Positions 173,182 to 188,366 of a stretch of 248,000 nt of DNA are shown here, in pieces. The position numbers and the translations under genes are program-made. The stretch's first letter is position 1, and every line of letters starts with the position of its first letter. The notes beneath the pieces are model-generated. The model ran no database searches. It saw nothing but the letters and a program-made list of their open reading frames with translations, and was not told the origin of the DNA. Source of the DNA: Octopus vulgaris (Eukaryota); contig OX597817.1 in assembly GCA_951406725.2 (NCBI GenBank), positions 87,812,001 to 88,060,000 of the forward strand. Direction: 5' to 3'.

Positions 173182-173430
173182 CTGAAGTGAAATAAACATC
173201 AACACATTTCTCTAAAATTTGTACAACATTTGTAAGACTAGCCAAAGAACGACAAGCAGCAGCAATGGCTGGCATTAATAGTATGCTGTGGATGGAGGAC
173301 TCTAACCAGCTGTAAATGGTACTGGTAATTAGTTCACTGATTGTTCCTTCTGGATTACAATTATTCAAAAGACTATACACAGTTTTCATCATCTCCACGG
173401 ATTCCTCATTTTGCACATATCGATCAGCAA
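173182..173430 (-). CDS. EPG5: EPG5 exon
   Basis: ADRYVQNEESVEMMKTVYSLLNNCN...LLMPAIAAACRSLASLTNVVQILEKCVDVYFTS; phase 1-1. Confidence 0.93.
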
Positions 173431-174264
173431 CTGGAAATATATTAGTAGAATAATTAGAGTTTAACAATAAAACATTACAGTAGAACAATATGTAGTAACA
173501 GTTATAGTACATCAATGCTAAGAGATAACCACTTAATTGTAAACAAGCACCCGGGTGCACTACGACTCAGCAGCAAAGATTAAAAGAGGAGACAGCAGCC
173601 ATTTGTCAAGTAAAGACAACAATGAAAGCTAAACGTGCATGCAAACTAGCCAGAATAAAACATAAACAGATACTAAAAGAGCCATAAAGAGGAAAGATTA
173701 CATAAGACTTAAGATTTCACCAATTTGGTGATGCAGCTTGTGAGACTGATTGGACAGTGGTAGACAGGGATGGTGTAGTTGCTTTTTTTCAAACAGGGGA
173801 ATAACTCTTGCAATTTTCCATACATCTCTCCACAAGTAAACAGAATTGCAGAATAGTTTGACAATAAAGCATTATAGAAGAACAGTATGTAGTACCAAAA
173901 TAGTACATCAGTACTGTCAAATAATCACCCAATTCTTATACATCTCTCTACAAGAAGTAAAATTTCAATATCTAGACAATCAATTTAATTTATATGAAAT
174001 CATTACTTAGCAGCAACCTGACACAAACATTAACCAAATTTAATTAAACATAATGTTTTATTTTGTTTTGAATCTTTATTTAAGCAAGTTATATAGAGAC
174101 TTTAGGATTAAATGCTGAGATTAAATAGAAAATTAAAGAGAATTTAAGTGCCATATATTTCTGAAATGAGTTTCTCACTGAAATAAAGCTGAAATGAGTT
174201 TCTCACTTAAATGATTTATATATGAAAAAGAAAACTTCCGGTCTTATTTAATAAATAATAATAA

Positions 174265-174510
174265 TAATAATTGTGTACAGTGCTCAGGTGCACTACAACT
174301 CATCTAAAGTGTATATATAATCAGGTGTAGTTTCGGCGGATTTCGGAAAGCATGAGGGCCTTAAAAGATGCAGTGTCATGGCAGTCAACAACTGACGCAG
174401 GCAGTTTATTCCATGCTTCAGCAATTCTGAGCGTGAAAAAATGTTTCCGAAAGTCATGGGAGCTGTATTGTTTTCTGACTTTGTAGGCATGTCCACGTGT
174501 GTTAGACACA
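174265..174510 (-). mobile_element. CR1-clade LINE 3' fragment
   Basis: TRGHAYKV..RKHFFTLRIAEAWNKLPASVV; (att)n tail. Confidence 0.8.
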
Positions 174511-174958
174511 TCTCCATATTGTCACTATTTCATAAACTATTAAATGTGACTCAGATAGATAGGTTGTTTATTAATAGAAGAATCATTAATGCTGTGAATA
174601 TCTTATCAAAAATACTTGCAATGGCTCAGGTGACTTAACTATAAATAAATACTATGGACAGGTTCCACATACTACTAGAAACCTCAAGAGACAGGCAACA
174701 CAAACTACTCAGCCCTCCTACTTACATATCTACAAATATATATCGCTGAGCACATATACACACACACACACAGCTGCAACTATTGGTTACCATTCTATTT
174801 TGCACATAGATAACATCTATGTCTACTGTCTCCTATCCTCTATTTAACAGTAAGCACCTGTGGATTTATAAAATAACCAAACAATTTCAAAACAACTTGC
174901 TACACAAACTTATTAGGAATTTACATTGATGAAAAGAAATCAGTTTCTCCTTCCTTAC

Positions 174959-175158
174959 CTGCCATCTCAACTGTTTCTATTTCAGTCAAGATATTAAGGA
175001 TGCTGTTACTGAATGTTTCTTCATTTATATCATCCTGGTAAGAACACTGGCAGAGAAGCTGGATCACGCAGTACACATAACCAACTCTCTTCTTACTAAT
175101 TTCACTGTTCCAATGAGCAGAACTGTCACAGTCAAATTTTGAGGCAGATTTAATCAAG
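174959..175158 (-). CDS. EPG5: EPG5 exon
   Basis: LIKSASKFDCDSSAHWNSEISKKRVGYVYCVIQLLCQC...IETVEMA; phase 2-1. Confidence 0.88.
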
Positions 175159-178100
175159 CTAGAAATAGAAATGAATTTCTCTTTAAAGACAAAATTTCAA
175201 AAAGAAACAAATTTAAACATAAGTTATTGATACTGTATTGCAAAGAACAAGATTAACTGATTGGTATGCAATAGCTAACTTATCAATCATAAAATAATGG
175301 TTTCAAATTCTGGCACAAGGCTATCAATCTTAGGTGAAAGGATAGTCAATTACATCAATGCAAGTGCTCAGCTGGTACTTATTTTATTGACCCTAAAAGG
175401 ATGAAAGGCAAAGTTGACCTCAGTAGATCAATCATAAAATCTTTCTTAGGATTCTTGTAGAAAACGGGATGACAATTTTCTACAGATCAACAATGTGTAT
175501 CTCAATTCCAATATCCTTCACTGTCTTAGGTAGCAGTGTGGGTGTCATTCTAAGTGCATTAATTACCACAGAAAAGTTTTTCACCTTTGTGTTCCATAAT
175601 CTCTACAACTCTCTGGCTAGGTCCCGATATTTCTCACTTTCTTGGGTATCTACTCTATGGTATTGAAAACTTATGATCTTACACTGTTTTTCTTTTTTCT
175701 CCTTTTGTCATCTACAATTATATCTGGCTTTCTTACTTCAATAGTATAGTCAGTTTTTATGAAGATATCCCATAAAACCTTCTGATTGTTTTTCACTATC
175801 ATAATCTTTCTAGCTTGTGTTCATATCACTTTTCTGTAACTATGAATCCACACTTGGTTAACATCTCAATGCACTCTTTTACCAACACAGTTATGCCTAC
175901 ACCTATATTCTTTTTCTGAACTCGCTTAAGACATAGTTAATACTTTCATCTCCTTCAACACAGATTCTGCATTTGCTTTCTGTCTGCAAATAAAGCAGTA
176001 TCATCAGCATACTCCCCATTTTGTCATGGTTAAATGATGACAGATAGTAGATTTTGTAAGAGTGAAACTAAGTTTTTAAATTTTGTCAAACTAAGATACA
176101 AAAGCCATAGTCCAAGTTGACAACAACTGAGAATGATGTAAATGTAGAAGATATTGGTCTAGATGCCAATGCCTCAAAGACAGCAATACATCTGTTACAA
176201 TCAACAGTATTCAATAAGCACAATGAAGCAAAACTCTCTAAAATCAGCAAAGGCCTTTATGTATTTAGGGAATAACATTGCATCTTCAGAAAACAATGTG
176301 AAAATTCATTTTGTGAAAGCATGAACTATTGATGGCTGCAAAGTCATCAGGAAGTCATTGCTTACTGATGATTTTAAGAGAATCTTCTTCCATCTTACTG
176401 AGGAATCAGTGATATTGAATGGGCCCAGTGCTTGAACACTTACCAAACACCTGGGAGCAAGGTTTGATGGTGCTTACATCTGCATTTTATGTGCCATTCT
176501 GAATATCTCATAAAAAATGCATCTGACCAAAGAGACAGTATGGCAATATTCTTGCAATTATTCAATGCAATTAGAGAGAGAGAGGTATTTGTTTTGTAGG
176601 ACATTACTAGAGAGCTAAGCAAGAACTTGTTAATGATATTCTCTATGGACACTCTGACAGGGATATACATGGGTTGATTGGCCAATTAAAACCTTGATTG
176701 ACCAGCTCTGTACAAACACATGTACCCCTTTTTACCTGCTGATTGCTATAGGGCACCGATGATCAAATCAGGCCAAACCACATCAAGTTTGAACTTATTC
176801 CAATAATTTTGGATGTTTTTAAAACACAACTGATAGAAATAATCTTCATTTTGGATTTTATACTGTATGGGGGGTGTTGAACTATTTACATGTCTACCTC
176901 ACATTGGTGTAAGACAAAGTCAGTTTTTTTAAAAATTGATTTTTTTTAACTGTGTAATAATTCAATGAAGCCCACCTGTTACATAGGAACTGACACCACT
177001 TTAAAAAACACACACAAATAAATTAATAATTTTGAACAGAGCAAGAACGCTGCCCAACAGACAAAACCAAAACCAAATAACATTACACAGGGAGACTTTC
177101 TAAATGCAGGGAATGAAACAAAGGATAACATTTCAGAAAAACCAAAAAACCAGTAGCTTGATAAATAACATGTTTGACAACATTTATATACACACCCCAA
177201 AAAAAGATACACACATCATCAAACAAAAGCTTTGAATGCAGGTCACACCCTGTCACTGGCAAATGCACTTGTAAATGAAAGCACTTTTATTTTCACGAAA
177301 ATAACAAATGCATGGCAACATTATGTCACAAGAACAAGTGCTTCTCTACCTGAAACTATCACTCAGGCATGAGAGAAAAGGAAAATAACTTACCTATGCT
177401 TTGCCAATACCACAGGGGTTTTCCTGGTGCCCTCCACAAAGAGGCAGCCTTTGTAGATACATGAAGCAAAATGTCCTTCATAGGGAGAAGGAGGTCATAT
177501 AACACAACATGCATTGTTTTTAAGACTGAGGACAAGTTGAGAGCATGGGATATGACAGTAGTTAAGAGAGTAACACACCTATCAATAAATGGGTCTCATA
177601 GTATTTGGGACGGAGTTAGTTATAACATCAACCCTTAGCTCACAGTTACGTTTATAGCATAATTGAGGCAGGAGGGATCACTAAGTCATACTAGTCCTCA
177701 TGACTCTACAAGACCATAAAATGGTCTAAGAATTATAATTTGTGGTAGGTGTCAAAAGAAAGACTCTCAAAAACTGATTTTTCAGAAAAGAGACCCATTG
177801 GTACCCATGCAGCAGCAACAGTCATTTAAGAGCTTTCCTTCCAGCAGAGCTGAAAGGAAGAAAGCATACAAACAGCATGAACAAAGGAGATTTAGGCATC
177901 GCCCAATATTTCTCTCCATGAATGTCTCAAGCAAAAGTATTAGATGGAGCTCTTTCCACCACAGAAAAAGTTTAACACTGCAAGTTAAAAAAACACTCAT
178001 CTGTTTTACAACACTGCTGCTCTTCACAATGAAGAATTGTTGCTAAAGATTGAACTGTTTGAAAGTTAAGTATCTAAGAGACAATGCCATGATGCTGACA

Positions 178101-178748
178101 AGGTGAAAACTACAAACTTCAAATCTCTATCAATCATCTTATTTCTTTATTGCCCACAAGGGGCTAAACATAGAGGGGACAAAGAAGGACAGACAAAGGG
178201 ATTAAGTCGATTACATCAAACCCAGTGCATAACTGGTACTTTATTTATCGACCCCAAAAGGATGAAAGGCAAAGTCAACCTCGGTGGAATTTGAACTTAG
178301 AACATAATGGCAGACGAAATACCACTAAGCATTTTGCCTGGCGTGCTTACGTTTCTGCCAGCTCACCGCCTAAACTCTATCAATCATCTTGGCTATCTGT
178401 GACTCTCTCAGGAACAATACATGAAATAAAACTGAAATTAGCGTAAGTTGATAGCCTGACTGACATTTTATTGTTGCATTGATAAAACAATGTATCAACC
178501 ATCTTTATTAAGTTCATTTAGTAGAGTTCAAGATTCAGGATTGCGTTTTCAAAATGTTTCTTGATTTCTTCTAACAACAAGCCCTAATATATAACTGACA
178601 CATGCTGAACTCAGAGGAATCAAAATTAAAGCTGAATACAGCAAGATTTTTAACTCAGATTTAGAGGTCACCACATTTTCCTTGGTAATTGTCTTCATTA
178701 TTTAAATGATAAACCTTGACTAAAAGCAAAAATTAAAATCTCACTAAC

Positions 178749-178906
178749 CGTAGTTCCAATGCCTGTAAAGATGACCTCTGTGCAAGAATTGCTCTTGGAT
178801 CACAGTGCTGTAGATACCAGTTGACTGACTGGCTGAAACTATTGGAATCTAAGTAATTCCAACATAACTTCTCAGCCATCATAAACATTAGTATTACTTC
178901 TTCAGT
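178749..178906 (-). CDS. EPG5: EPG5 exon
   Basis: TEEVILMFMMAEKLCWNYLDSNSFSQSVNWYLQHCDPRAILAQRSSLQALEL; phase 0-2. Confidence 0.88.
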
Positions 178907-178975
178907 CTGGAAGGAATCAAAACAGAAAACAAACTAAAACAAACTGCAAATCAGGGGAGGGGGAGGGGAGGGAAG

Positions 178976-179045
<70 letters not shown>

Positions 179046-180153
179046 ATTTCTGCTGTAGGCACAAGGCCTGAAATTTTGGGGGGAGAGGGCTAGTCGATTA
179101 TATCAACTCCAGTCCTCAACTGATACATATTTTGAAGACCACAAAAGAATGAAAGGTAAATACAAATAAATGACCTAATGTAATACCAGACTCTCCTGGT
179201 AATATGTACATGTTTTGTCTTGGTGTAAAAGATGGGCTATCGCAAATATTCAGCTCAATATCACAGATTTGCTTGTCAGTTACTTGACCATAACAAGTTG
179301 AGCGTATCCTTTAGTGGCGGACGATATGTGCATCTTTGATCATGAGCAGGAGTATCATAGCTATGAGCTGAGAGTGATTCTTTGGGGTTTGAATAATTCA
179401 CCCCTGGAAACATGGGTGTTTCATTCCTTAAACAAACTTATTCAGAGACCTTTTAAGAGGGATGGGCTACTCAACCTGAAGAAAATTCTAACAGGGCTCT
179501 CATCTGCAAGGTCATGTGCTGTTTATTTTGATATGAAGTCACCATGTCATGCGCATATGGTTGTGATGCATGTACTCTTATCAGACGGGTAATCATGATG
179601 GGTATATTGGGCTTTATATATTTGGCACTTTGATGGTATGTGCTGTCCTTTCACTCAATAATAATGGTTTCGAATTTTGGCACAAAGCCAGCAATTTTGG
179701 TGGAAAGTGTAAGTCAATTGCATCAAACAGTGTTCACCTGGTATTTATTTTATAAACCCCAAAAGGACAAAATTCAAGTCGACCTCAGCAGAATTTGAAC
179801 TCAGAACATCAAGAAGGACAAAATGCTGCTAAGTAATTTGACTGGCATGCTAGCAATTCTACAAGCTTGCCACCTTAATAATAATAATGACAATTTTGAT
179901 CTGTAAATAATATATTTGATAATAATTTAACTATTTTTCATTTCTTTGTTTTAATATAAATGTCTCTCTTTATCAACAATTACTTTATTGTTTGTAAAAA
180001 AAGATAGAATAATAGTGTATAGCCAATACAACCTGGTATATAACTGGTATACATTTATGCACCCTAAATGATATGAAGAGACATAAGAAATTGAGCTCAA
180101 TATTATCAAGATTTTCATATATCACCAGATATGTATACATGGAAAATACTTAC

Positions 180154-180342
180154 AAATGATAAAAAACTTTCTTTATCATCTCCAGCAAGTTGCAAGAATA
180201 AATGGAAAAGATGTGCAGCAAACTTGGATACAATATTTACAGGGTAATTGCTGATGAAATCCTGCATTGCATTTGCCCAGTTGACATGAGGGGCAATTAC
180301 TTTCACAAGCTGGAAGCTTTCTATGTTACCATTATCACGAAT
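180154..180342 (-). CDS. EPG5: EPG5 exon
   Basis: IRDNGNIESFQLVKVIAPHVNWANAMQDF...LFLQLAGDDKESFLSF; phase 0-0. Confidence 0.87.
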
Positions 180343-181339
180343 CTGTCAGATGGACACAAATACATAAGATAATTAAAAATAATAATGGCAATAATCATGA
180401 GTATTACTGCCATTATGAAATATATATAAAGCCATTCTTAGAAAACAATCAATAAATTGTTAATATTTTAAAGCATTATTGGATGATTTTAAATCACTGT
180501 AATCAAATGTACTTTTGTGAGGTTTTTATCAAATAAAAAACATATTACAATCACAAAATACTCAATCAGAAAATAAATTTTAAACCTAAAATCTTCAATT
180601 ACAAATTTTATAAACTTTATACTCTAATCAAATATTACCAACAAATTAACTTCTATATGTCGTAAATTGTTGACAATGTTACTTTTATAGATGGTCACCA
180701 CTTTTTATAGCCACGTTTTGTTACCATTTGTGTAACACTACTTTTATATCATCATCATCAACAACAATTAACATCTGTGTTCCAAGCTAGCATGGTTTGT
180801 TCAAGGCTTGCACTGAGCTCCAAAGTCTGCTTTGGCATGGTTTTTACAGCTGGATGCTCTTCCTAATACCAGCCACTTTACAGCATGGACTGGGTGCTTT
180901 TTTTGTGCTACCTGCACTACTGAGATTGTCATGTAGCTCTCAGGACTACAAACCTTAGTAGTGGTGGGGTGTCAGCTTCATGCTAGGGGATGAGGAGATT
181001 TCTATGAGCAGAGAGGGGCTACTACCAAAAATATGTTAATAATAATTTGTGATATTTTCTCAATATATTTATCATGGAAGTGAACATATCCAGATAAAAA
181101 CTGCAGTTGACTAGTCTGCCAACACAAGGTTGTTCTAAATAGTTATGCAACTTGCATGCAGGAAACACTGTTCTTTTAGACTTTATACAAACAAACTCCT
181201 TGCAGTAGAATTAGAGAATGCATGAGACAAATTCCTTTAACATTTCTGTTATTCCTCTCTAGCTCTATAAAGCTAATTAGCATCAAATAGTTATTCCTAT
181301 TCTATATGATTAATTTTATCATTAAAATGAAAATAGTAA

Positions 181340-182735
181340 AACAAGAGATATTTATAGTTAGAGTAAATGTAGCAAAAACCAAAGTAATAGTAAGCAGCAA
181401 GGCATACTCAGCACACACCCCCTCGGGTAGGTGGTCCTGCTCAATCTGTAGGAAAGGTACAGGTAGAAACTCCATAAGATGCACCCAATGTAAGCTATGG
181501 ACGCATAAGAGGTGCAGCAACATTAAAGGGAAATTAACAGATAAGATAGCTTTCATGTGCGGCAGATGCACAGGGGCAATAGACACAACAGACACTCAGA
181601 AAACAGATTCCATCACACTCCAGGGAGAGAAACTAGAAGTAGTTGATAGTTTCCGCTACCTGGGTGACCAAGTTAGTAGCGGAGGTGGATGCACAGAGAG
181701 TATCACCACTAGAATACGAATAGCCTGGGCAAAGTTCAGAAAGCTCCTACCCCTACTGGCGGCAAAGGGTCTCTCCGTCAGACCGAAAGGTAGATTGTAT
181801 GATGCATGTGTGCGAACTGCCATGCTTCACGGTAATGAAACATGGGCTGTGACTGCAGAGGACATGCGTAGACTTGAAAGAAATGAAGCTAGCATGATCC
181901 GCTGGATGTGTAGTGTCAGTGTGCACGCACGAGAGAGTGTAAGCATCCTGAGAGAAATGCTGGATATAAGAAGCATCAGATGTGGTGTGCAAGAGCGACG
182001 CTTGCGATGGTATGGTCATGTGCTGCGGATGGATGAAGAGAGATGTGTGAAGAAGTGCCACTCCCAAACAGTTGAAGGTATCAGGGGGAGAGGTAGACCC
182101 AGGAAGACATGGGATGAGGTAGTCAAGCATGACCTCAGAGCATTGGGCCTCACTGAGGCAATGGCGAAGGACCGAGATCTCTGGAGATATGCTGTGACTG
182201 CAAAGACCCGGGCTGCTTCCTGCATCAGTTCCACATAGCCCCTGCCCATTCAAAGTACCCCGGATCCCAGATAGTCCTGCTGTGCCTGAGGAGATCTGTT
182301 GAGTCAAGTACATGAACATGAACGTCGAAATAAATATCAATGGAAATAGGAGTTATGATGCCTGTGCCGGTGGCACATAAAAAGTACTATCCGAACGTGG
182401 CCGATGCCAGCGCTGCCCCGACTGGCCTCTGTGCCGGTAAGACCATCTGAATGTTGCCAGCGCCGCCCTGGCTGGCTCCCGTGCCGCTGGCACGTTAAAA
182501 GCTCGAACCGATCGTGACCAATGCTGGACCCCCCGGCCCCTGTGCAGGTGGCACGTAAAAAGCACCCACTCCACTCGCGGAGTGGTTGGCGTTAGGAAGG
182601 GCATCCAGCCGTAAAAACTCTGCCAGATCAGACTGGAGCCTGGAGCGGCCCCTGGCTTCCCAGACCCCGGTCGAACCGTCCAACCCGTGCTAGCGCGGAA
182701 AACGGACGTTAAACGATGATGATGATGATGATGAT
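181340..182735 (+). mobile_element. Young 5'-truncated RTE LINE
   Basis: Open ORF C-terminus (VNVAKTKV..QERRLRWYGHV..GRGRPRKTW); 3' UTR ends ggacgttaaac(gat)n. Confidence 0.92.
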
Positions 182736-182807
182736 ACATGCTAAGATTTAAATTAAAACTCTGTTTCTAAACAATAAATCAGATTCTTAAACAAGGGTTT
182801 TACTTAC

Positions 182808-182995
182808 AGTTGACATTGTTTCTGCAACCTGCAAATCAATTGTAAGTTGATCCCATGGCAACAAGGCCAATTCAACATTCAGTAACGTAACACAATAAAC
182901 TGGTATCTTTCTCGATGCTAATATAGAGGTATAGAAGATCCACAGCCGTCCAAGTATGTCTTGGGTTTGTGAGTAAGCTACAGGTGATAATAAAG
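182808..182995 (-). CDS. EPG5: EPG5 exon
   Basis: LLSPVAYSQTQDILGRLWIFY...LALLPWDQLTIDLQVAETMST; phase 1-0. Confidence 0.9.
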
Positions 182996-183943
182996 CTGTA
183001 AAGAAAGAAAACACAACAGTAATTAAGAGTCTTTTAGTGAAGCATTCAAAAGTAAATCAAGTGTAAAGGTACCCTGGCAGGAAGGTTTCTGATAAATGAA
183101 ATACAACCAAAAGATGTTTCATAGTATTCTGAATTAACTGGAAACCTAACGTGACAACAACAGACACCTTCTTCATAAAGAACTCAAAATGCAACTGAAG
183201 ACCTCTCCTAATCATTCTGGTTCTGATACAATACAAGTCAATAAAGCAATCCAAATATTAAAAAAAAATCTTACAAACAACCATTCAGAAGCCACATGAA
183301 AGTATTTGAAGGCAGTATTATATGTAATAAGGAGAAATTTCAAACTATAATTCCACTACCAAAGAAGGGTAAACCTCAGCACAGTCACATCCATTGATGC
183401 ATCGAGACAACATTAATCACTGATATTATATCATCATCATCATCTTTCATATCATTTAATGTCCATGTTCCATATTGGCATTAAAAGATCCACAGATATT
183501 TCAGAAAAGCCTGTCTCTACAGTAAAAAAATCTTCATTGAAAATTAAAGTTCAAGCCTATTAGTCATCATGGTAATAGTCTAGATTTTAAAAACCTGTGA
183601 GACTGACAGAATCAAAAGAAAAGTAAGTTTGTCAATGTTAGAACTTACATTTTTTTGATAATGTTTTAATCATCCATTCCTATATAGGAGCAGTTGGATG
183701 ATTTTAAATCATTGTAATCAAACGTAGAGAACATTCTAGATATAACAAAATCATAAACTTTGAGATTATTGTAAACAAAAACCAAAACAAAAAAAAAGCA
183801 GAATATCATTTTTTAATTACGATTTAATTTAAATATGTCTAATTACAAAAGTTAATTTGTGGCACAAAACAATGCTAAAAATCATAGCTAGGTAAATCAA
183901 TTACTTTACTTTCCATTCTAAATCAAATACAACAAAAACTTAC

Positions 183944-184120
183944 ATTTATAAAATGTGTGGATATATCGGATTGCATCACAGAAGTTTTGAACCATTATGG
184001 TAGCAGCCTCATGGTCACCAGCTGTCCAAGGGATCAGTAATTGAGTCTGCGCTGGTCCTTTCAATGGCCTCACCCAAGGACTGAACACATTTACTATCAT
184101 ATTCCATAAATAATCAATCA
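183944..184120 (-). CDS. EPG5: EPG5 exon
   Basis: IDYLWNMIVNVFSPWVRPL...IPWTAGDHEAATIMVQNFCDAIRYIHTFYK; phase 1-1. Confidence 0.92.
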
Positions 184121-185491
184121 CTAAAAAAAAATATAATATATAAATTATGAACACAAAAGAAAATCAATACAACATCAATACAAATCAATACATAAAACGA
184201 TAAAGTAAAGTTCCCAGCAAGAATGTGAAACAGTTTCAATTCCTAGTAATAGCCTATTCAATTTGACTATGACACTAATGAGTTTAAGTTAATCTCATTT
184301 CCTATGTTATTTACATTGGAACTAAGAGATCAATATTTTAAATGTGTTTTGTTTTGCTTTTTAACCCTTTAGAATTCAAACCAGCCATATCTGGCCCAAT
184401 TATTCTACCTGTTTTATGTTCAAACCAGCCAGATCCAGCCTCTCACACCTACCCTACAATGTCATTCTAAAGTAGACAATCACATCATTGAAACCTCAAC
184501 GCCATAAGATAATGCATGATTAATTGAAAACAATGTGAATAAATAAGCAATACATTTGATCGAGCAATCTGAATACTAAATAGAATATTTTTTGGTAAAA
184601 ATTATGATATAGTTAACTAATTTTTAGTGATATCTATTTTAACAACCTTATGAAAATGATAAAAAATAGGTAGGGAATCAGATCTGACATATACCTTAGT
184701 CAGCTTGCTTCCTGGTTTCTAAATCTGCTTGACACCTAAATTTACAAAATTAATTAAATCTTTGTTTTAGATTGCTCACTAAAAATATAGTTTTGTTATC
184801 ATCATTTGAACTGGTTTGGTATATTGCGGTTCCTGAACTGAACTGGTTTGGCATACTGTAGTCTGCCATCTTATCTATTATGCCAAACATCTCCAGATCT
184901 CATCACACCAATTCTACCCCCATCTCTTCCTTGGTCTTACCCCAACCACTGCCAGTATACAGCACATTTTTACACTGTAAATTTTATTAAGAGTTTACCA
185001 GATAAAGAAATGGAGGTTATCTTTACTTTTAAGCATCATTGAGAGTTGAATTAACTAGTAAATGTTACTAATCAGTAGGTTTAGGCTAAAAAGAAACTGA
185101 TAGAACTTAATATGCAGCATCATCATTTAGCATCTGCTTTCAATGCTGCATGGGTTAGATGTTTGACTGGAACTGGTAAGCCAGAGAGCTGTACCAAGCT
185201 CCAGTCTGTTTTGGCCTGGTTTCTAGGGCTGGATACCCTTCCTAATGCCAACTACTCTACAGAGTGTACTGGGTGCACTTGTGCCTTTTATATGTCATCA
185301 GCATGGGTGCCTTTTATATGTTACCAGCAGTGGCCATGACTAATACTTGATGAAAAATTTTAAGATAAGCAGAAGGGTACCCAATAAACATTCCACACTA
185401 AGATTGAAAAATTCCATATTTTAATTCATGAGTCATATTTCATTCGAACATAAATTTTTAACCAAATTTACTACCACCAATATTAACTTAC

Positions 185492-185684
185492 CCTGAGCAG
185501 GTGATTCTTCTGAAAGATTTTCATGATATTGAGCTGCTAGAATTTTTAGAAAACCAGCACTGATGGAAGCAATATACGGCACATATTTATGCCATTTGGA
185601 ATAGAGACCAAATGTACAGCTTTCTTTATTGAGTAGTCGTTGTTCCATAAAGAATGATGACATCATCTCAAGAATTTGTGCGAG
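185492..185684 (-). CDS. EPG5: EPG5 exon
   Basis: LAQILEMMSSFFMEQRLLNKESCTFGLYSKWHKYVPYIAS...SPAQ; phase 0-1. Confidence 0.92.
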
Positions 185685-186488
185685 CTGGAAAAAGACATAA
185701 TGAAAATTTATGATAATAATAAATTAAAACCTATAAAATAAAAGTAATGCTTTGATTGTGATGAAAATAGATTTTTATTGTAACTACTTTGAAGAATCTA
185801 CAAAAAGTACTGAGCAGCTGACACTTGTGATAACATCATCTTTCTGGACAACCTGAAAAAACTGGCTTTTAGGCTACATTAACCTTTACAAGCAGTAGAT
185901 TAGAGACAAGTAATTGAAGACCAGAGTCATTTATATCCCAACTTTTAAGTGTTGTGAAGAGAATCATAAACAGAAAGAGAAACAACTCAAACCAACAGAA
186001 ACATTTTAACAATATCCAAAAAAGCTTCTTCTGGGCAAATTCTGAAGTCTACATCTGGATTAAGGGTTACTTGTGCATACTTGGATTGTACCAAAATCTT
186101 TGACAAGGTTAACTACAGAATATCATGTTAAACATTGAATAATAGTTGGCATCTGTTTTATGCAAAACCAAAGTTAAATTGTAATGGCCAACAGATCCCT
186201 ATCAGCAAGTCTGTAGAAATAAGCAGAGTGCAACATGGTACTTTTATGAGGCCTGTTTTGTTCTTGTTGTCAGACAGGGTTAAAAGTATACATTCAACCA
186301 GACTGAGCAGTTATGCTAAACAACACTAAAATGCTGCTACAGATCAAGACAAATGATTATATCTACAAATGCCAACAAGATCTAGATGCCATATACAACT
186401 GAGCAAATGCAATAACCACACAGTCCTGTCTGTACCCAAAGAAGTAATTATATAAAATTGATATTGCTACAATGGATTAAAAACTGAC

Positions 186489-186655
186489 CTGGTGGCTAGA
186501 CAGTTGTGATGCTGAAGGGGCAGAAATGTTTGATAACTGCTGTAGTTGATAATCTTCATCAAAACTTCCAGGTGTTGCACATTCAGTAACATATGGGAAA
186601 GCAGTCTCACTGAATATTTGCCAACATTTCACATGTAGTCGACCTTTTGATGAAA
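186489..186655 (-). CDS. EPG5: EPG5 exon
   Basis: SSKGRLHVKCWQIFSETAFPYVTEC...SQLSSHQ; phase 1-0. Confidence 0.88.
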
Positions 186656-188284
186656 CTATAATAAAAGACATGAGAAGAGATTACAAGATTTGCATGTATG
186701 TGTATATATAAGTGTGTGTATGTAATATAGATAAATATGTTTATATGTTTGTGTATAATATAAATACATATATTTATGTATGTGTTTGAGTATAATATAG
186801 ATACATATATTAACACATGCATATGTGTGTCTGTGTGTATAATATAAATAGATATATTTATATGAGTGTATGTTTAATACATATATTTATGCAAGTATTA
186901 GTGTGCATCTGTTTGTATGTATATGTCCAAAAATATTAGCACTGAAACTCATACCAAAAACAAAATTCTGAAACATGAATATAATCCACTCTCTGTTCTC
187001 CCTTAATGGAACCAATTATATATTTAACACTGTAACTAAAGTTTTATCAAACAAATCACAAATTACAAATAAATTCAAACTTTGCTTTGGCAAATGTAAT
187101 CACAATATCTAGGGACCCACCTGTCCCTAGATATGTTTCTCCAGATATGATAGTGTTTCTGGATGTTGAATTAAATATAAGCCTCCGCTTTAAACCTAGC
187201 TATGGATCTAATTACTGGTATCTGAGGTATGTACAAGTGAACTGACCAACTAAATAAGCCATTAGAATTGATCACAAGATCAAAACTGTTATTGATAGGG
187301 TTTTTAAAAAATATTTTGCTATGCCTTAATATACGACAGTCAGGAATAGGAGCAGGTTCTCTAGAAATGTAACATGCAACAGACTAGCTTCTTAATCAAG
187401 AGGAGCTGTGTTTTCTATATCTCTGCAAAGATAAGGAAAGGCCCCATGATTTGTAGGGAATTGTTGAAGAAAGAAATGGTGATGTTTCAATCCCAATTTG
187501 TGTTTTCCCATAGATAAAGAGGAAAGAAAATAGAAAAATACTTAATGTATGTTAACTAGAAATGAAATATAGAAAGTGAACACTGAATTTAATAATATTC
187601 CAAACTTACTGTGGCAGTTTACATAAAACGCACACAATAAGTAGTAGTAGCATAGGCAAAAAAGTGAAGAAGAGTTCAGGATTGAGCATATGGATTCATT
187701 AATAATATATTATAATAATTTTGTAAGAAAACACTGTTGTATAATTTATATTTCTGATGGCTAATGTAATTTGCTGAATAATGTACACTACAACATACAA
187801 GCCTGTCTAATTACTGTAATATCCAAGCACAAAACTGGAAGTAGCTCACATATAACTTCTGTATTTATTAAATGATGCTTATCATCCATTGGATTGAATA
187901 CTTTTTTGCCAACACACACACAGATACATATATATTGCTGAATACTCTACACTGAATACATAAATAAGCCAAGTCGATGATACATTAAACTATCACCCCA
188001 TATTATGCAAGTATGGGTATGTTATCATTATATTCCCTAGTAAGGCACTTTACAATATTTATCTAAGGTTACTTAAACTGTATGGAACATCCAAGGAAAA
188101 AAGTTTGTGATAGACTACCTGGAGAAGATTCACCTTGCATTGGCTTAGAGTTTATAGAAATTAAAGTCAAGCATTGACCCTAATAATCTCTTGTACACTC
188201 AGTTTTTAGAAAGGTAAACAGAAACAGGAAAAGATATTAGTAATAACAGATTAGAGGAAAAGGGTGAAAACAGCAAAGACTGAC

Positions 188285-188366
188285 CTTTCAGAAGCATGGA
188301 AAGTATTTGAGAAAGGTAGTAGTGGAAACAAGAATTCAGTACTTTGTGTAAGTGTGTACAGAACAG
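188285..188366 (-). CDS. EPG5: EPG5 exon
   Basis: LFCTHLHKVLNSCFHYYLSQILSMLLK; phase 0-1. Confidence 0.88.
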